Positions 31,911 through 43,496 of a stretch of DNA of 54,379 bases are shown here, piece by piece. The notes beneath the pieces are model-generated. The model was given only the letters and a program-made list of their open reading frames with translations, was not told where the DNA came from and ran no database searches. Numbering within the stretch: the first letter of the stretch is position 1; each line of letters begins with the position of its first letter. Origin of the DNA: an uncultured bacterium (GTDB lineage Bacteria > Chlamydiota > Chlamydiia > Chlamydiales > SM23-39); contig CAZXLK010000002.1 in assembly GCA_964641775.1 (NCBI GenBank), positions 1 through 54,379 of the forward strand. Direction: 5' to 3'. Both the position numbers and the translations under genes were made by a program.

Positions 31911-33007
31911 ACTTCAACGGGTCCCATTTTTTCTTGGTTGTAGTTTTGGATGATCTGTCGAATGTTATCTCGGTTGATGCCATATTTGCTAAGATCCATT
32001 CCTAAAGAAAGTCCAAGCTCATCCAATTTTTGCTTAATTTCGGTAAGAGATTTTTTACCGAAATTGCGGAATCGGAGCATATCGCTCTCCGGCATGACCA
32101 CCAATTCACCAATTGTATCAATATTTGCTGCCGCTAAACAATTTGTAGATCTGACAGAAAGCTCAATCTCATTGATTTTCAAAGCCAATTTGGAAAGAAT
32201 TTCATCTCGATCTCGGTTAACCTGCATCTCCCCCTTATCAAAGAAAATCGTATGGGTTTTGACTTGGTCAAAAATTTGGAAATGGAGAATTCCAATTTGA
32301 GCAGAAAACGCAAGGGCTTCTGCCGGTGTAATTCTACCATCGGTTGTGACTTCAAAGATCAACCGATCAAAGTCTGTGTCTTGTCCAACTCGGGTATTTT
32401 CTACATAGTAGTTCACAAGCCGCACAGGTGAAAAAGATGAATCCATCACAATTTCATCGACTTGGATTTCAAATGTAGAATGGCGCTCGGAAGGGACATA
32501 TCCTCTTCCCGCAGCTATTCGAATATCAATCCGTTTGGTCATAGGCTTTGTGATCGTTAAAATATGATGATCGGGATTGACCATTTCATACTCGGAATTC
32601 TTCATCAAATCTTTCAACGTGACCCGATATTCCCCTTCCCCTTTTTCGATCATCTCATCCGTGATATCAAGGTTTTTTGTAATAAGGCGAACTTCTCTTG
32701 GATTAGGCTCTTCACCGGATGTAAGCCTACGAAGTAATGTCCCTTTCAAGTTTAAAATGATATGTGTCATATCTTCGATGACGCCATCAATTGCCATGTA
32801 TTCGTGAGGCACTCCTTCAATCCGTACAGACACGATTGCAGGCGCTTCTAAAGAAGCGAGCATAATTCTGCGAAGGGAATTGCCGACGGTATGACCAAAT
32901 CCACGTTCAAACGGCTCTATGATGAACCTGGCAAACGTCCTGCTTTGCGTAGCCTCGTCTAACTTGATTTTCTCCGGCATTTCAAATTTGCCATACTTAA
33001 CGCTCAT
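31907..33007 (-). CDS. rpoA: DNA-directed RNA polymerase subunit alpha
   Basis: 366 aa. N-terminal domain [18 protein letters not shown]-terminal domain [21 protein letters not shown]. Confidence 0.95.
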   Translation of the reverse strand: MSVKYGKFEMPEKIKLDEATQSRTFARFIIEPFERGFGHTVGNSLRRIMLASLEAPAIVSVRIEGVPHEYMAIDGVIEDMTHIILNLKGTLLRRLTSGEEPNPREVRLITKNLDITDEMIEKGEGEYRVTLKDLMKNSEYEMVNPDHHILTITKPMTKRIDIRIAAGRGYVPSERHSTFEIQVDEIVMDSSFSPVRLVNYYVENTRVGQDTDFDRLIFEVTTDGRITPAEALAFSAQIGILHFQIFDQVKTHTIFFDKGEMQVNRDRDEILSKLALKINEIELSVRSTNCLAAANIDTIGELVVMPESDMLRFRNFGKKSLTEIKQKLDELGLSLGMDLSKYGINRDNIRQIIQNYNQEKMGPVEV

Positions 33008-33030
33008 TACATTCTCCCAAGTTCATTTAT

Positions 33031-33447
33031 TTAGACACGCCTTCTTTTACGAGGCCGGCATCCATTGTGCGGTACAGGTGTCGTATCTCGAATCACACTA
33101 ATTGCAAGTCCTGCGCTTTGCAAACCGCGCACCGCTGATTCCCGTCCTGCTCCAGGTCCGCTCAAATTGACTTCGCATTCCTTCATTCCATAGCCGAGAG
33201 CATCTCTTGCGGCATTTTGCGCTGCAACAGTTGCAGCAAAAGCAGAAGATTTTCTCGATCCGGAAAAATTGGACTTCCCGGCAGAGGACCAAGAAATGAC
33301 ATTCCCTGCTAAATCGGTGATCGAAACAATCGTGTTATTAAATGTTGCCCTTACGTGTGCGATTCCAGATGGTACATTGCGAACGATCTTCTTTTTAACT
33401 CTAACATTCGCTTTCTTTGGAGGCGCTTTTTGTTCTTGCTTCGCCAA
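33031..33447 (-). CDS. rpsK: 30S ribosomal protein S11
   Basis: 138 aa, [30 protein letters not shown]. Confidence 0.95.
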   Translation of the reverse strand: MAKQEQKAPPKKANVRVKKKIVRNVPSGIAHVRATFNNTIVSITDLAGNVISWSSAGKSNFSGSRKSSAFAATVAAQNAARDALGYGMKECEVNLSGPGAGRESAVRGLQSAGLAISVIRDTTPVPHNGCRPRKRRRV

Positions 33448-33463
33448 GGGGTGTCTCCTCTAA

Positions 33464-33832
33464 TTAAATTTTCTTATTTGCAACTGTCTTGCGTTTGCCT
33501 TTTCGCGTGCGTGAATTTGTACGCGTTCTTTGGCCACGGACCGGAAGACCAAGGCGATGCCTCATTCCACGGTAGCAATGAATTCCAATCAATCGCTTAA
33601 TGTTGTTTTGGATTTGCCGTCTAAGGTCTCCCTCAACAACATATTCGCTGGATAGCGTTGCATTCAGCTGCGCAATATGATCCTCGTTCAGGTCGCGGGC
33701 CCTCATATTCTTATCCAAACCAAGCTTTTCAATCACCTGGTTCGAAAGCTTTCTCCCAATCCCGTAGATATAGGTCAAGCTGATTTCCAATCGCTTATTG
33801 GGGGGGATATCAATTCCAATTACTCTAGGCAT
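33464..33832 (-). CDS. rpsM: 30S ribosomal protein S13
   Basis: 122 aa, [26 protein letters not shown]. Confidence 0.95.
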   Translation of the reverse strand: MPRVIGIDIPPNKRLEISLTYIYGIGRKLSNQVIEKLGLDKNMRARDLNEDHIAQLNATLSSEYVVEGDLRRQIQNNIKRLIGIHCYRGMRHRLGLPVRGQRTRTNSRTRKGKRKTVANKKI

Positions 33833-33878
33833 ATTTTGTCCTTAAAAATAACATACAAACTTGTTAATGTCCAATGGG

Positions 33879-35249
33879 TTATCTCCCTCTCAGCCGCCCC
33901 TTAGTCATGAAGCCATCATACCTTTTCATAAGTAGATGAGACTCAATCTGTTTTGTCGTATCCAGGATCACGCCGACGAGGATGAGAAGCGATGTACCAC
34001 CAAAAAATTGACTTATATTGGCATCAACCCCCATCAAACGTCCAACGAGGGTGGGCAAAATCGCAATAATTGCTAAAAAAATTGCTCCTATCAGGGTAAT
34101 GCGACTCATTGTCTGTTCAAGAAAATCTTGAGTTGGCTTGCCCTGCCGGATCCCGGGGATAAAGGCCCCATTTTTCTTCATATCAGAAGCAATCTGGTCC
34201 GGTTTAAATTGTGTCGAGGTCCAAAAGTAGGTAAAGGCTAAAATCAAGAAAACATAGATACACAAATAGACCCATGAGCCAGGTGAAAGATAATTTGAAA
34301 GCTGCCCCATCCAGGTCCCTTTGCCGATAAATTGGCCAATCGATGCAGGGAACATCAGAAACGTTGAGGCAAAGATCACAGGGATGACCCCTGCATAATT
34401 TAATTTTAAAGGAATGTGGGATGTCCCACCTTGCACTTCATGTCTACCAACGATGCGGCGGGCATATTGAAGGGGGATCCTTCTTTGACCTTGGATCACC
34501 AAAATCGTTCCAATCGTGATCAGAACATACAAGGTGCAGAGGACCAAAAGGGTAGCAAAAGAGAGCTGTCCTTGCTGCTGAGATTCGAGATTCAATTGTT
34601 GGATAATCGATCCGATCATGCTGGGAAAAGAGGATAAAATTCCCACTGCGATGATCAAGCTAATCCCATTTCCCACTCCCTTTTCAGTGATTTGTTCTCC
34701 AATCCACATGAGAAAAAGGGTGCCGGCAGTCATGGTAACCATAACAATCATGTAAAAAAGCCACGGCACTCCTAAAATCTGCATATCAAAGAGATGAGGC
34801 ACAATGATGCCGGGCGATGAAAAATTGATTCGGACTGCATATCCTGCTAAAAGGCAAGATTGGAATAGAGCAAGAGCAAGAGTTGAAAGACGGGTCCATT
34901 TGGATAGTTTTCTTCTCCCTTGATCCGGACTTTCCCGGATTTCCCTTTGCATTGATGGAATAAGGGTAATTAAAAGCTGCATGATGATCGATGCAGAGAT
35001 ATAAGGGACAACGCCGAGAGCAAGAACAGTCATTTTCGCAAATGCGCCGCCGGAAAAAATATCAAAGAGTTGAAAAAGGTTTTGTCCCCCCCCAGAGGCA
35101 TGTTTAAATAAGCTAGTTGCAACATCGCCATTGACCCCGGGAACCGGAATATATGTTCCAATTCGGCACACCACAAGAAGCATGAAGGTATTATAGATTT
35201 TGTTCTTAAGTTCCGGAATGGAAAAAATGCGGCGAATTGCTTCTATCAT
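33879..35249 (-). CDS. secY: Preprotein translocase subunit SecY
   Basis: 456 aa, 10 TMS. Motif [23 protein letters not shown]. Position between rplO and rpsM. Confidence 0.95.
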   Translation of the reverse strand: MIEAIRRIFSIPELKNKIYNTFMLLVVCRIGTYIPVPGVNGDVATSLFKHASGGGQNLFQLFDIFSGGAFAKMTVLALGVVPYISASIIMQLLITLIPSMQREIRESPDQGRRKLSKWTRLSTLALALFQSCLLAGYAVRINFSSPGIIVPHLFDMQILGVPWLFYMIVMVTMTAGTLFLMWIGEQITEKGVGNGISLIIAVGILSSFPSMIGSIIQQLNLESQQQGQLSFATLLVLCTLYVLITIGTILVIQGQRRIPLQYARRIVGRHEVQGGTSHIPLKLNYAGVIPVIFASTFLMFPASIGQFIGKGTWMGQLSNYLSPGSWVYLCIYVFLILAFTYFWTSTQFKPDQIASDMKKNGAFIPGIRQGKPTQDFLEQTMSRITLIGAIFLAIIAILPTLVGRLMGVDANISQFFGGTSLLILVGVILDTTKQIESHLLMKRYDGFMTKGRLRGR

Positions 35250-35701
35250 TTAACAGCCGTAAATGAAATCTTTTTATCTTGGATTTTCTTCAGTGCGCCC
35301 GCAGAGATAGCATGCGCTTCAATGGTAACTTTTTTTGTAAGTTCCCCATTTGCTAAAATTTTAATTCCTCCGGGAAGACGTCGAGAGATCAATCTTTTTT
35401 CTCGAAGGGTTGCCATATTAACGGTCTCCCCATCTTGATAATAGGCTTCAATCTTTGCTAACGTGATGGCTTGTGAAGGTTTAACAAATCTTCCACGAGT
35501 AAATCCTCGGATAGGGAGTTTCCGATAAAGAGGAACTTGACCCCCCTCATATCCAAAACGTTTGCGATATCCTTGACGTGCGCTATCTCCTTTTCCACCT
35601 CGTCCGCAGGTTTCCCCTCTTCCGGATCCAATTCCCCGTCCAATTCTCTGCACTCTTTTTGGAGGCCGCGATGTATCTTTTAATTGAGATAAATCAATCA
35701 T
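35246..35701 (-). CDS. rplO: 50S ribosomal protein L15
   Basis: 151 aa, [20 protein letters not shown]. Confidence 0.95.
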   Translation of the reverse strand: MIDLSQLKDTSRPPKRVQRIGRGIGSGRGETCGRGGKGDSARQGYRKRFGYEGGQVPLYRKLPIRGFTRGRFVKPSQAITLAKIEAYYQDGETVNMATLREKRLISRRLPGGIKILANGELTKKVTIEAHAISAGALKKIQDKKISFTAVK

Positions 35702-36203
35702 GATGCTTCCTCTCTCGCTGTGCGAGATATTTGCTTCGGTTTTTCAGTTGGCGAAACGCCTTAAAGGTAGCTCTGACCAAATTCAATGGATTGCTCGATC
35801 CCAAACTTTTTGCAATCACATCTTTAACGCCGCCAAGCTCTAATACTGAACGGACTTTTGAACCTGCTACAATTCCGGTTCCGGCGCCTGCAGGTTTTAA
35901 AAGAATGATTGCTCCATCCCAGTCGACATGGACAGCATGAGGAATCGTAGATTCTTCCATTTCGATCGTATAGATATTTTTTCTCGCTGCTTCAGATCCT
36001 TTACGGATAGCATCAGACACCTCATTTGCTTTGGCATAGCCATAGCCTACGTGTCCTTGCCCATCGCCAACGAGAATTAAAGCGGAAAAGCTAAATTTCC
36101 TTCCCCCTTTCACTACTTTTGCACAACGATTGATATAGAGAACTTTTTCCTCAAATTCCGTTCCAAAATCTTCCTGGCGTTTTCTATCTGGGTTTTTTGC
36201 CAT
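35694..36203 (-). CDS. rpsE: 30S ribosomal protein S5
   Basis: 169 aa, INRCAKVVKGGRKFSFSALILVGDGQGHVGYGYAKA. Confidence 0.95.
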   Translation of the reverse strand: MAKNPDRKRQEDFGTEFEEKVLYINRCAKVVKGGRKFSFSALILVGDGQGHVGYGYAKANEVSDAIRKGSEAARKNIYTIEMEESTIPHAVHVDWDGAIILLKPAGAGTGIVAGSKVRSVLELGGVKDVIAKSLGSSNPLNLVRATFKAFRQLKNRSKYLAQRERKHHD

Positions 36204-36212
36204 TTTTTTTCC

Positions 36213-36572
36213 TTAGAATTGTAAACCTGCATCGCGAGCGCTTGTAGCTAGCTCTGCGATAATTCCATGATATTTATAACGGCCGCGATCAAAAAGAACC
36301 GATTTGATTCCTGATGATTTCGCAAGCTCTGCAATTTGCTTTCCAATAGCTTGAGCTGTCTCTTTCGATTTACGGGCTTTAATCCCTTTCGATAGAGTTC
36401 CAACACCGGCTATCGTGACTTTTTTATCATCATCAATCAATTGGGCATAAAGATGCGCATTTGTTTTTGATACAGAAAGCCGAGGCCGCACTGCTGTTCC
36501 ATGAATTGTCTTGCGGACCCTTTTCATTCTTTTTGCTCGTGCAACCGCACGTTTTGTTTTTGCATTATCCAT
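36213..36572 (-). CDS. rplR: 50S ribosomal protein L18
   Basis: 119 aa, RPRLSVSKTNAHLYAQLIDD...FDRGRYKYHGIIAELA. Confidence 0.95.
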   Translation of the reverse strand: MDNAKTKRAVARAKRMKRVRKTIHGTAVRPRLSVSKTNAHLYAQLIDDDKKVTIAGVGTLSKGIKARKSKETAQAIGKQIAELAKSSGIKSVLFDRGRYKYHGIIAELATSARDAGLQF

Positions 36573-36579
36573 AAATCAT

Positions 36580-37134
36580 TTAAGGTGCTGTTTTGCCTTT
36601 AGCTGCCTTTCCTTCTTTCTTGCGGACATATTCATTTTCATAGCGGATTCCCTTGCCTTTATAAGGTTCAGGGGGTTTCACAGCTCGAACCGAAGCTGCA
36701 AATTGTCCTACTTCTCTTTTGTCGCTTCCTTTAATGACTATGAGAGTGCCCTTTTCAACCGTAACCTGAATCGACTTAGGAATGAGTTTAAATGTCGGAT
36801 GAGAAAACCCTACGCTTAAATCGAGCTTATTGCCTGAAATGTTAGCGCGGTATCCAACGCCGATCATTGTAAGACGTACTTCAAACCCTTCAGTTACACC
36901 TTCAATATGATTTCTCAAAAGAGTGCGGAAGAGGCCGTGCAAAGCGCTTTGAGGCATGACTTTCTCATCCCTTTCAAGAAGGGCAGCATCTCCATCCATT
37001 TTCAAACTAAGTCCTAAAGGAAGTTGCAGACTAAGAGTCCCTTTTGGCCCTTTGACTTGAACTGTTCTGTCTGGTCCAGCTTTAACTTCGACCCCTTTAG
37101 GCACTGCTACCGGTGCTTTTCCCAATCTAGACAT
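36580..37134 (-). CDS. rplF: 50S ribosomal protein L6
   Basis: 184 aa, MSRLGKAPVAVPKGVEV...PPEPYKGKGIRYENE. Confidence 0.95.
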   Translation of the reverse strand: MSRLGKAPVAVPKGVEVKAGPDRTVQVKGPKGTLSLQLPLGLSLKMDGDAALLERDEKVMPQSALHGLFRTLLRNHIEGVTEGFEVRLTMIGVGYRANISGNKLDLSVGFSHPTFKLIPKSIQVTVEKGTLIVIKGSDKREVGQFAASVRAVKPPEPYKGKGIRYENEYVRKKEGKAAKGKTAP

Positions 37135-37146
37135 ATCTCAATCCTT

Positions 37147-37539
37147 TTACCAAACCATACAAAGAAGTTCGCCGCCCACTTTCAAACCGCGAGCTGTTTC
37201 TCCATCTAAAATCCCTTTCGGAGTAGATAGAATACAAACACCCATGCCATTAAATACTCGAGGGATGCTCTTATAGCCAATGTACCTGCGAAGTCCCGAT
37301 GTCGAAATCCGTTTCAAGTTATGGATCACTGACTCTCGATCCTTCGTATATCGCAAAAACACCCGCATTTTAAATTTCTCTTCATTAACCAAGAAATTTT
37401 CAATAAATCCGTGGTCTCTCAATAGTTCTAAAATTTTGACTTTGTTTTTACTAAAACCCAGGTCCACAAATCTGTGCTGAGCACCTTTTGCATTTCGAAT
37501 CTTTGTCAAAAGCTCAGCAATGGGATCATTAAATGGCAT
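37147..37539 (-). CDS. rpsH: 30S ribosomal protein S8
   Basis: 130 aa, NDPIAELLTKIRNA...GGELLCMVW. Confidence 0.95.
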   Translation of the reverse strand: MPFNDPIAELLTKIRNAKGAQHRFVDLGFSKNKVKILELLRDHGFIENFLVNEEKFKMRVFLRYTKDRESVIHNLKRISTSGLRRYIGYKSIPRVFNGMGVCILSTPKGILDGETARGLKVGGELLCMVW

Positions 37540-37553
37540 ATTTTTCCTTTCTC

Positions 37554-38087
37554 CTACTTAAACGGAAATCCCAGTAAAGTGAGCAGTTCGACGCTATCTT
37601 CGTCGTTTTTCGCAGAAGTGACAATTGTCACATTCATCCCCTGCGTTCTTTTCACTTTATCAAGGTTAATTTCAGGGTAAATCTGTTGATCAGTAAGGCC
37701 AAAGCTGAAATTTCCTCTTCCATCGCATTTTTTACCAAATCCGCGAAAGTCGCGAATTCTCGGCGCAACAATGTTGCAAAATCGATCAATAAAATCATAC
37801 ATCCGTTTTCCGCGTAAAGTTACCATCAACCCAACCGGCTGATCTTCCCGTAATTTAAAATTTGAAATCGCTTTTTTCGCGCGGGTAACTATTGGCTTTT
37901 GCCCTGACAGCAATGCGAGCTCTTCGCTATGCTCTTGGATCGCATTCTTGTCCTTTAATCCCTCGCCTAGTCCCATGCTAATGACAATTTTTTTAAGCGA
38001 TGGGAACGACATCACATTTCTAGCTGGATGCCGATTTTTCAGCTCCGGAAGGACAACTTCTTTAAATTTTTGATACAATCTTGACAT
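37554..38087 (-). CDS. rplE: 50S ribosomal protein L5
   Basis: 177 aa, [12 protein letters not shown]...[11 protein letters not shown]...[14 protein letters not shown]. Confidence 0.95.
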   Translation of the reverse strand: MSRLYQKFKEVVLPELKNRHPARNVMSFPSLKKIVISMGLGEGLKDKNAIQEHSEELALLSGQKPIVTRAKKAISNFKLREDQPVGLMVTLRGKRMYDFIDRFCNIVAPRIRDFRGFGKKCDGRGNFSFGLTDQQIYPEINLDKVKRTQGMNVTIVTSAKNDEDSVELLTLLGFPFK

Positions 38088-38099
38088 GGTTCCTTACTC

Positions 38100-38435
38100 T
38101 TATGCGGGTTTTTTTACACCGCGATACACTATTTCCTTCTTATCTTTGGCGAAGACTAGTTCCCTTTCTCCACCCTTTTTTTCTTGTCTTACTTTGACTT
38201 TGAAAATCTTGCCGTCTTTATCGCAAAGGGCAACGTTCGATATATGGATCGGCACTTCCATTTCTACAATGCGGGCGCCTTGGCTTTGCTGTGACCTGCG
38301 AAGATGTTTTTTGCGGATATTCACCCCTTTGACCAAGACTCTTTCTTCCAATCTCTTTAGTACCTCACCCATCTGGCCTCTGTCATTGCCTGCAAGAACC
38401 TTTACAGTGTCTCCTTTTCGAATCCATTTGCTCAT
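38100..38435 (-). CDS. rplX: 50S ribosomal protein L24
   Basis: 111 aa, IRKGDTVKVLAGNDRGQMGEVLK (KOW motif). Confidence 0.95.
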   Translation of the reverse strand: MSKWIRKGDTVKVLAGNDRGQMGEVLKRLEERVLVKGVNIRKKHLRRSQQSQGARIVEMEVPIHISNVALCDKDGKIFKVKVRQEKKGGERELVFAKDKKEIVYRGVKKPA

Positions 38436-38437
38436 TG

Positions 38438-38806
38438 TTAAATTACCTCTGGTGCTAACGAACTAATTTTTATAAACCCTCTGTCTCTCACTTCTCGGGC
38501 AATCGGACCAAAAATACGGGTCCCTCTTGGGTTATTCTTATCATCGATAAGCACGCCACTATTGTCATAAAATTTGAGCATAGATCCATCGGATCTTCGA
38601 ATGGAGCCTTTTGTCCTTACAATCACTGCTTTGACAACTTCGCCTTTTTTGACAGCCCCTTTAGGATCTGCTTCTTTCACGGAACATACAATGATATCTC
38701 CCACATGGGCATAACGTCTGCGGGATCCGCCAAGCACTTTGAAGCACTTGATTTTTTTGGCTCCGGTATTATCGGCAACTTCAAGCTCTGTTTCTTGTTG
38801 AATCAT
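38438..38806 (-). CDS. rplN: 50S ribosomal protein L14
   Basis: 122 aa, [27 protein letters not shown]. Confidence 0.95.
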   Translation of the reverse strand: MIQQETELEVADNTGAKKIKCFKVLGGSRRRYAHVGDIIVCSVKEADPKGAVKKGEVVKAVIVRTKGSIRRSDGSMLKFYDNSGVLIDDKNNPRGTRIFGPIAREVRDRGFIKISSLAPEVI

Positions 38807-39060
38807 GCTTTTACCTCAGCAACTCGCCATCGCTTCAATTTAGAAAGAGGCCTTGTTTCTACAATGCGTACAACTTGTCCCACTTCCAAAGCATCGCTTT
38901 CGTCATGTGCATAATATTTTTTCTTTCGTTCAAAAACTTTTGCATACCGAGGATGCCGTATTTTCCGTTTTACTTCCACAGTCACGGTCTTATCCATCTT
39001 ATTAGAGATCACAGTCCCTAAATGTTCTTTCCTTTTCCCGCTATGTTTTGCTGTTTCCAT
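38803..39060 (-). CDS. rpsQ: 30S ribosomal protein S17
   Basis: 85 aa, [27 protein letters not shown]. Confidence 0.95.
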   Translation of the reverse strand: METAKHSGKRKEHLGTVISNKMDKTVTVEVKRKIRHPRYAKVFERKKKYYAHDESDALEVGQVVRIVETRPLSKLKRWRVAEVKA

Positions 39061-39288
39061 TTACGCCTCCGCTGCTTTTGCCGTGGGGCTTTTCTTTTGG
39101 GTGAGCATGGTTAAAATTCTCGCTTTTTCTTTTCTCATAGCTTTTAAACGGTGCGGTTTTTCGATCTTCCGATTCCAGGAAAGCTCATTGCGCATTGCAA
39201 AAATTTCTTTGTCCAATTCAAGAAGAGCTTCCATCATCGATTTTTCCGACTCGTCCTTCCAATCTTTCTTTTTTTTCTTTTTCGCCAT
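39061..39288 (-). CDS. rpmC: 50S ribosomal protein L29
   Basis: 75 aa; position between rplP and rpsQ. LELDKEIFAMRNELSWNRKIEKPHRLKAMRKEKARI, with an unusual N-terminal Lys run. Confidence 0.85.
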   Translation of the reverse strand: MAKKKKKKDWKDESEKSMMEALLELDKEIFAMRNELSWNRKIEKPHRLKAMRKEKARILTMLTQKKSPTAKAAEA

Positions 39289-39290
39289 AA

Positions 39291-39710
39291 TTATACCTTT
39301 TCCACTCGGTCGACAAATTTTGTCCTAACAGGAAGCTTCGCAGCAGCAAGTCTCAAAGCATTTTGCGCCTCTTCCCTCGTAACACCGCCAACTTCAAAAA
39401 GAATCCTTCCCGGTCTAACTGGCGCTACATAATGATCGGGAGCTCCTTTTCCGGTACCCATTCGAGTTTCCGCCGGTTTTTTTGAAACCGGTTTATCTGG
39501 AAAAATTCGGATCCAGACTTGTCCTTTTCTACTAAACGTTCGGCTAATCGTCACACGGCAAGCCTCAATCTGCTGAGCTGTAATCCAGCAGCGATCCAAT
39601 GACTGCATTCCAAATTCGCCAAATTCAACAAAATTTCCTGCTTTGGAAAGGCCGGTCATTTTCCCTTTTTGCTGTTTTCTATATTTGGTCTTTTTTGGAC
39701 TTAAAGACAT
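39291..39710 (-). CDS. rplP: 50S ribosomal protein L16
   Basis: 139 aa, [16 protein letters not shown]...[24 protein letters not shown]. Confidence 0.95.
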   Translation of the reverse strand: MSLSPKKTKYRKQQKGKMTGLSKAGNFVEFGEFGMQSLDRCWITAQQIEACRVTISRTFSRKGQVWIRIFPDKPVSKKPAETRMGTGKGAPDHYVAPVRPGRILFEVGGVTREEAQNALRLAAAKLPVRTKFVDRVEKV

Positions 39711-39712
39711 GT

Positions 39713-40369
39713 TTATCCTCCCACCGCAGCTTTAGCGGGAACGAGGACATCTTCGCCGCGATTGATCCAAACTTTTACACCGATCGAACCATAGGTTGTT
39801 TCCGCTCTTCCATGGGCATAATCGATATCGGCTCTCAGCGTATGCAAAGGAATGCGACCTTCTTTATACCATTCGACGCGAGCAATTTCAGCGCCGCCAA
39901 TTCTTCCCGAAATCTGAACCTTAATTCCGGCAGCACCTGCATCCATCGATGTTTGCATCGCCTTTTTCAATACACGGCGGAAAGGAATTCGTCTTTCGAG
40001 CTGTTTTGCAATCCCATCGGCTACCAGTTTAGCATCGAGATCGGGTCTTTTGATCTCTTCCACTTCAATCCAAATCTCTTTGCCGGTGAGATGTTTCAAA
40101 TCATTTTTTAAAACATCGATTTCCGCCCCTTTTTTCCCGATGACAAGGCCCGGTCTGGATGTGATGATTGTAACTTCAATTTTGCCGCTCATCCGTTTGA
40201 TTTGGAAACGGGAGGCTCCTTGGCATGCACTCTTTGGCAATAAATACTGACGGATCTTCCGATCTTCGCCAATCAGCCCGCCAAATTCTTGTTTATTTGC
40301 AAACCAATTCGATAACCAGCGCTTGCGGCGCACTAAGCGAAATCCAATCGGCGATACTTTTTGTCCCAT
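39713..40369 (-). CDS. rpsC: 30S ribosomal protein S3
   Basis: 218 aa, [12 protein letters not shown]...KH domain...[30 protein letters not shown]. Confidence 0.95.
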   Translation of the reverse strand: MGQKVSPIGFRLVRRKRWLSNWFANKQEFGGLIGEDRKIRQYLLPKSACQGASRFQIKRMSGKIEVTIITSRPGLVIGKKGAEIDVLKNDLKHLTGKEIWIEVEEIKRPDLDAKLVADGIAKQLERRIPFRRVLKKAMQTSMDAGAAGIKVQISGRIGGAEIARVEWYKEGRIPLHTLRADIDYAHGRAETTYGSIGVKVWINRGEDVLVPAKAAVGG

Positions 40370-40376
40370 GTCTCCT

Positions 40377-40715
40377 CTAACTCTCTTTGGCTACAATAAT
40401 TGTAAAATGGCTCGTTCTCTTATTCACAGGCACTGATGAGCCGCGGCTTCTTGGTTTTGCTCGTCGTAAAATCGGTCCCGGATCAACGCGAACTTCATGC
40501 ACTTTTAATTGGTTTCTGCGGGCATCGAGCTGAGTTTCCGCATTTGCCACGGCGCTATCGAGCGTCTTTTTCAATAGCCTCCCGCCTCTTAATTTAGAAA
40601 GCTCAAGCTGAAGCGATGCTTTTTCTACGCTAAGTCCCCGAATGAGTCCAGCTGCATAGCGGGCTTTGCGAGGAGAGATTCTGACATATCTTGTTTTGGC
40701 TTTAGCTAATTGCAT
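40377..40715 (-). CDS. rplV: 50S ribosomal protein L22
   Basis: 112 aa, YVRISPRKARYAAGLIRG...RRAKPRSRGSSVPVNKRTSHFTIIV. Confidence 0.95.
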   Translation of the reverse strand: MQLAKAKTRYVRISPRKARYAAGLIRGLSVEKASLQLELSKLRGGRLLKKTLDSAVANAETQLDARRNQLKVHEVRVDPGPILRRAKPRSRGSSVPVNKRTSHFTIIVAKES

Positions 40716-40729
40716 ATTCTATCTCCGCC

Positions 40730-41026
40730 CTATGATCCTGCCGCAGGAGCAGCTGATGCTGCCGCTGACTTTTTCGGATGCCCTTTAAATTGTCTCGTTG
40801 GGGAAAATTCTCCCAATCGATGCCCTACCATATTTTCTGAGACGTATACGGAAATAAACTTCTTTCCGTTATACACATCAAATGTCTGGCCAACCATGTC
40901 AGGCAAAATCATTGATCTGCGCGACCATGTTTTAATCACTTTTTTGGAAGCTTCTTTTTGGTTCTTGAGCACTTTAGCCATCAGGTGATGGTCGACAAAA
41001 GGCCCTTTTTTCAATGATCTTCCCAT
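40730..41026 (-). CDS. rpsS: 30S ribosomal protein S19 (with an Ala-rich C-terminal tail)
   Basis: 98 aa, [15 protein letters not shown]...[16 protein letters not shown], then [14 protein letters not shown]. Confidence 0.95.
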   Translation of the reverse strand: MGRSLKKGPFVDHHLMAKVLKNQKEASKKVIKTWSRRSMILPDMVGQTFDVYNGKKFISVYVSENMVGHRLGEFSPTRQFKGHPKKSAAASAAPAAGS

Positions 41027-41028
41027 AA

Positions 41029-41856
41029 TTATTTCTTCCTACGTTCCTTTACAATCCATTTTCTTGTTTTCTTTGGATTGCGGGTTCTATAACCTTTTGC
41101 AAATTGTCCCCAAGGAGACTGAGGATGATTTCCTTTGCCTCGCCCTTCACCGCCACCATGTGGATGGTCAACAGGATTCATATGAACCCCTCGGACAGTG
41201 GGACGAATCCCCAACCATCTTGAACGGCCTGCTTTCCCTATAACGCGTAAATTGTGCTCTGCATTTGAAACGACCCCAAATGTCGCTCTACAATTTTCAT
41301 GGATGAGCCGAACTTCTCCGGATGGCATTCGAATCGTTGCATAGCCATTGGTTCTCCCTAAAAGCTGAGCGGATAGGCCTGCAGATCGGACTAATTTTGC
41401 CCCTCTTCCCGGATAAAGCTCTACATTATGGATCACCGAACCTAGCGGCATGAACTTCAATTTCATGCATGAACCAATTTGAAACGGCGGCTCATCGCTT
41501 GTTTGAACGACATCGCCAACTTTGATTCCTTGCGGGGCTATGATGAAGCGCTTTTCTCCATCATTATAATGGAGAAGGGCGATCAAAGCAGATCGATTCG
41601 GATCATATTCGACGGAAGCAATTTTTGCCGGAATATTTTCTTTGTCCCGTTTGAAATCGATCACGCGGAACATTTTCTTATGCCCGCCCCCTTTGTGGCG
41701 CACGGTAATATGGCCATGGTGGTTGCGTCCGTTGGTTCGTCTTTTTGGGCGAAGCAAGGCTTTTGGAGCCGGTTTGCCCGAAGGATCGAGTTCCAGATAG
41801 ACAGGGAGGACTAATTTTCTCTGTCCCGGCGTCTTTGGTCGAAATGTCTTTGGCAT
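41029..41856 (-). CDS. rplB: 50S ribosomal protein L2
   Basis: 275 aa, [29 protein letters not shown]. Confidence 0.95.
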   Translation of the reverse strand: MPKTFRPKTPGQRKLVLPVYLELDPSGKPAPKALLRPKRRTNGRNHHGHITVRHKGGGHKKMFRVIDFKRDKENIPAKIASVEYDPNRSALIALLHYNDGEKRFIIAPQGIKVGDVVQTSDEPPFQIGSCMKLKFMPLGSVIHNVELYPGRGAKLVRSAGLSAQLLGRTNGYATIRMPSGEVRLIHENCRATFGVVSNAEHNLRVIGKAGRSRWLGIRPTVRGVHMNPVDHPHGGGEGRGKGNHPQSPWGQFAKGYRTRNPKKTRKWIVKERRKK

Positions 41857-41866
41857 AAATTATTCC

Positions 41867-42199
41867 TTACACAGTCTCATCAATTGCATCGCCCGGGCGC
41901 AACGTAACAATTGCCTTTTTCAACCCTGCGCTTTTTCCTTCATGCCCTCTTACACGTCTGGGCTTTGGTCCACGGCGCGAGGTGTTTACTTTTGTCACTT
42001 TTACTTTTTTTTCTGCGTAGATTTGTTCAAATGCCCACGCAATTTCCGCTTTATTTGCCTCTTGGTGAACATTCAAAACCACTTTCGGAGATTTGCACTT
42101 ACTTACAGATGGATTGCTTTTGGCATGCTGCAGGTTTTCCAAAACTCGGCTTTTTTCCGTTACACGTCGCGATTTGATGATTTCGTAGGGGTTATTCAT
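41867..42199 (-). CDS. rplW: 50S ribosomal protein L23
   Basis: 110 aa; position between rplD and rplB. VVLNVHQEANKAEIAWAFEQIY...KKAIVTL. Confidence 0.9.
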   Translation of the reverse strand: MNNPYEIIKSRRVTEKSRVLENLQHAKSNPSVSKCKSPKVVLNVHQEANKAEIAWAFEQIYAEKKVKVTKVNTSRRGPKPRRVRGHEGKSAGLKKAIVTLRPGDAIDETV

Positions 42200-42845
42200 T
42201 TGGAGCTCCCAAGATAGAAAGGAATGGTTTTACCGCAGATTCCAAAACTACGAGATGCTGGCATCTTGCCAGCTCATATCCATTGAGCTGAGAAACATGG
42301 AAGTATTCTTTTTTTGGAATATTGCGGAGGCTTTTGACAAGATTTAAGTTTGCTGCATGCTCGTCTACCGACCCTAGGACCATAATCCGATTTGGACCGA
42401 TTTGAAGCTTATCAAAAAAAGCTGCCATTTTTTTGGTTTTTGGCTCTTTCAATTTTTCTTTTTCAAGAACATGAATCCGCCCTTCTTTGATCTTTGCTAC
42501 GATGAGTGACTGAATTGCTGCCCGTCTCTCTTTTTTATTGATCCGGGTATGGATATCAAATTTTGGCCGTGGACCAAATACGATCCCTCCCCCTTTATAA
42601 TGAGGAGCTGCCAAATCCCCTTGTCGAGACCGCCCTCCCCCTTTTTGAGGATGAGGCTTTTTCCCTGTCCGATTGATTTCGGCTCTCGTTTTGGTACTTG
42701 CCGACCATTGGCGCGCATTATTGCGGATTGCAACAAGATAATCTTTTACAGACTGAGGGTGTGCTTTAACGTCTAAAAGCGATTCACTGACAACGACTTC
42801 TCCCGTCTCTTTTCCGGTAAGGTCATATTTTTTCAGAGTTGCCAT
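42192..42845 (-). CDS. rplD: 50S ribosomal protein L4
   Basis: 217 aa, RTGKKPHPQKGGGRSRQGDLAAPHYKGGGIVFGPRP. Confidence 0.95.
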   Translation of the reverse strand: MATLKKYDLTGKETGEVVVSESLLDVKAHPQSVKDYLVAIRNNARQWSASTKTRAEINRTGKKPHPQKGGGRSRQGDLAAPHYKGGGIVFGPRPKFDIHTRINKKERRAAIQSLIVAKIKEGRIHVLEKEKLKEPKTKKMAAFFDKLQIGPNRIMVLGSVDEHAANLNLVKSLRNIPKKEYFHVSQLNGYELARCQHLVVLESAVKPFLSILGAPNE

Positions 42846-42848
42846 CGA

Positions 42849-43496
42849 TTATTTCCCCTTCTTCTTTAACTTTTTCGATTCGCTAATGAAGACAGTGCCG
42901 CTTCTTGAACCCGGGACTGCCCCTTCAACAAGGAGATAATTTCCTTTCACTGCAACAACCCTTAAATTCTGAACGGTCTGACGATCGCCGCCCATTCGAG
43001 ACGGCCTCTTGCCGCCGGGGAAGCATCTGCCCGGCGTGGTTCTCATGCCAGTGGAACCCATATGTCTATGGAAACCCGAGCCATGAGCTGCAGGGCCACC
43101 GGCCATACCATGAAGCTTGATAACTCCTTGATATCCTTTTCCTTTAGTTACCCCTTCGACATCGACGAAAGAGACTTCTGAAAAAAGACTTGCATCGATT
43201 TGCTGACCGACTTGGAATGCATCGACATCCTCAATTCTCGATTCCCGAACAACCCGGCAAGGCGCTACTTGAGCTTTTGCAAAGTGCCCCTTTAAAGGCT
43301 TGCTCATTTTTTTTGCTTTCGGCTCTGTGAGAGGCAATCCAGCAAGCTGAACGCCATTGTAACCGTGCGTTTCTTTGCGCTTGATCCCAAGGACTGTGTT
43401 TGGCCCAGTCCAAATCACTGTGCAAACCACCAGCTTCCCTTCTTGATCAAAGACTTGAGCCATCCCTTTTTTTTGGCCAATCAATGTCAGCGACAT
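42849..43496 (-). CDS. rplC: 50S ribosomal protein L3
   Basis: 215 aa, TKGKGYQGVIKLHGMAGGPAAHGS. First gene of the cluster; no rpsJ lies upstream. Confidence 0.95.
   Translation of the reverse strand: MSLTLIGQKKGMAQVFDQEGKLVVCTVIWTGPNTVLGIKRKETHGYNGVQLAGLPLTEPKAKKMSKPLKGHFAKAQVAPCRVVRESRIEDVDAFQVGQQIDASLFSEVSFVDVEGVTKGKGYQGVIKLHGMAGGPAAHGSGFHRHMGSTGMRTTPGRCFPGGKRPSRMGGDRQTVQNLRVVAVKGNYLLVEGAVPGSRSGTVFISESKKLKKKGK

Noticed and set aside
40730-40771. Ala-rich C-terminal tail ([14 protein letters not shown]) on ribosomal protein S19.
   Set aside because: It is real in the sequence and slightly unusual. Short lineage-specific tails on r-proteins are common, and I see no further signal.
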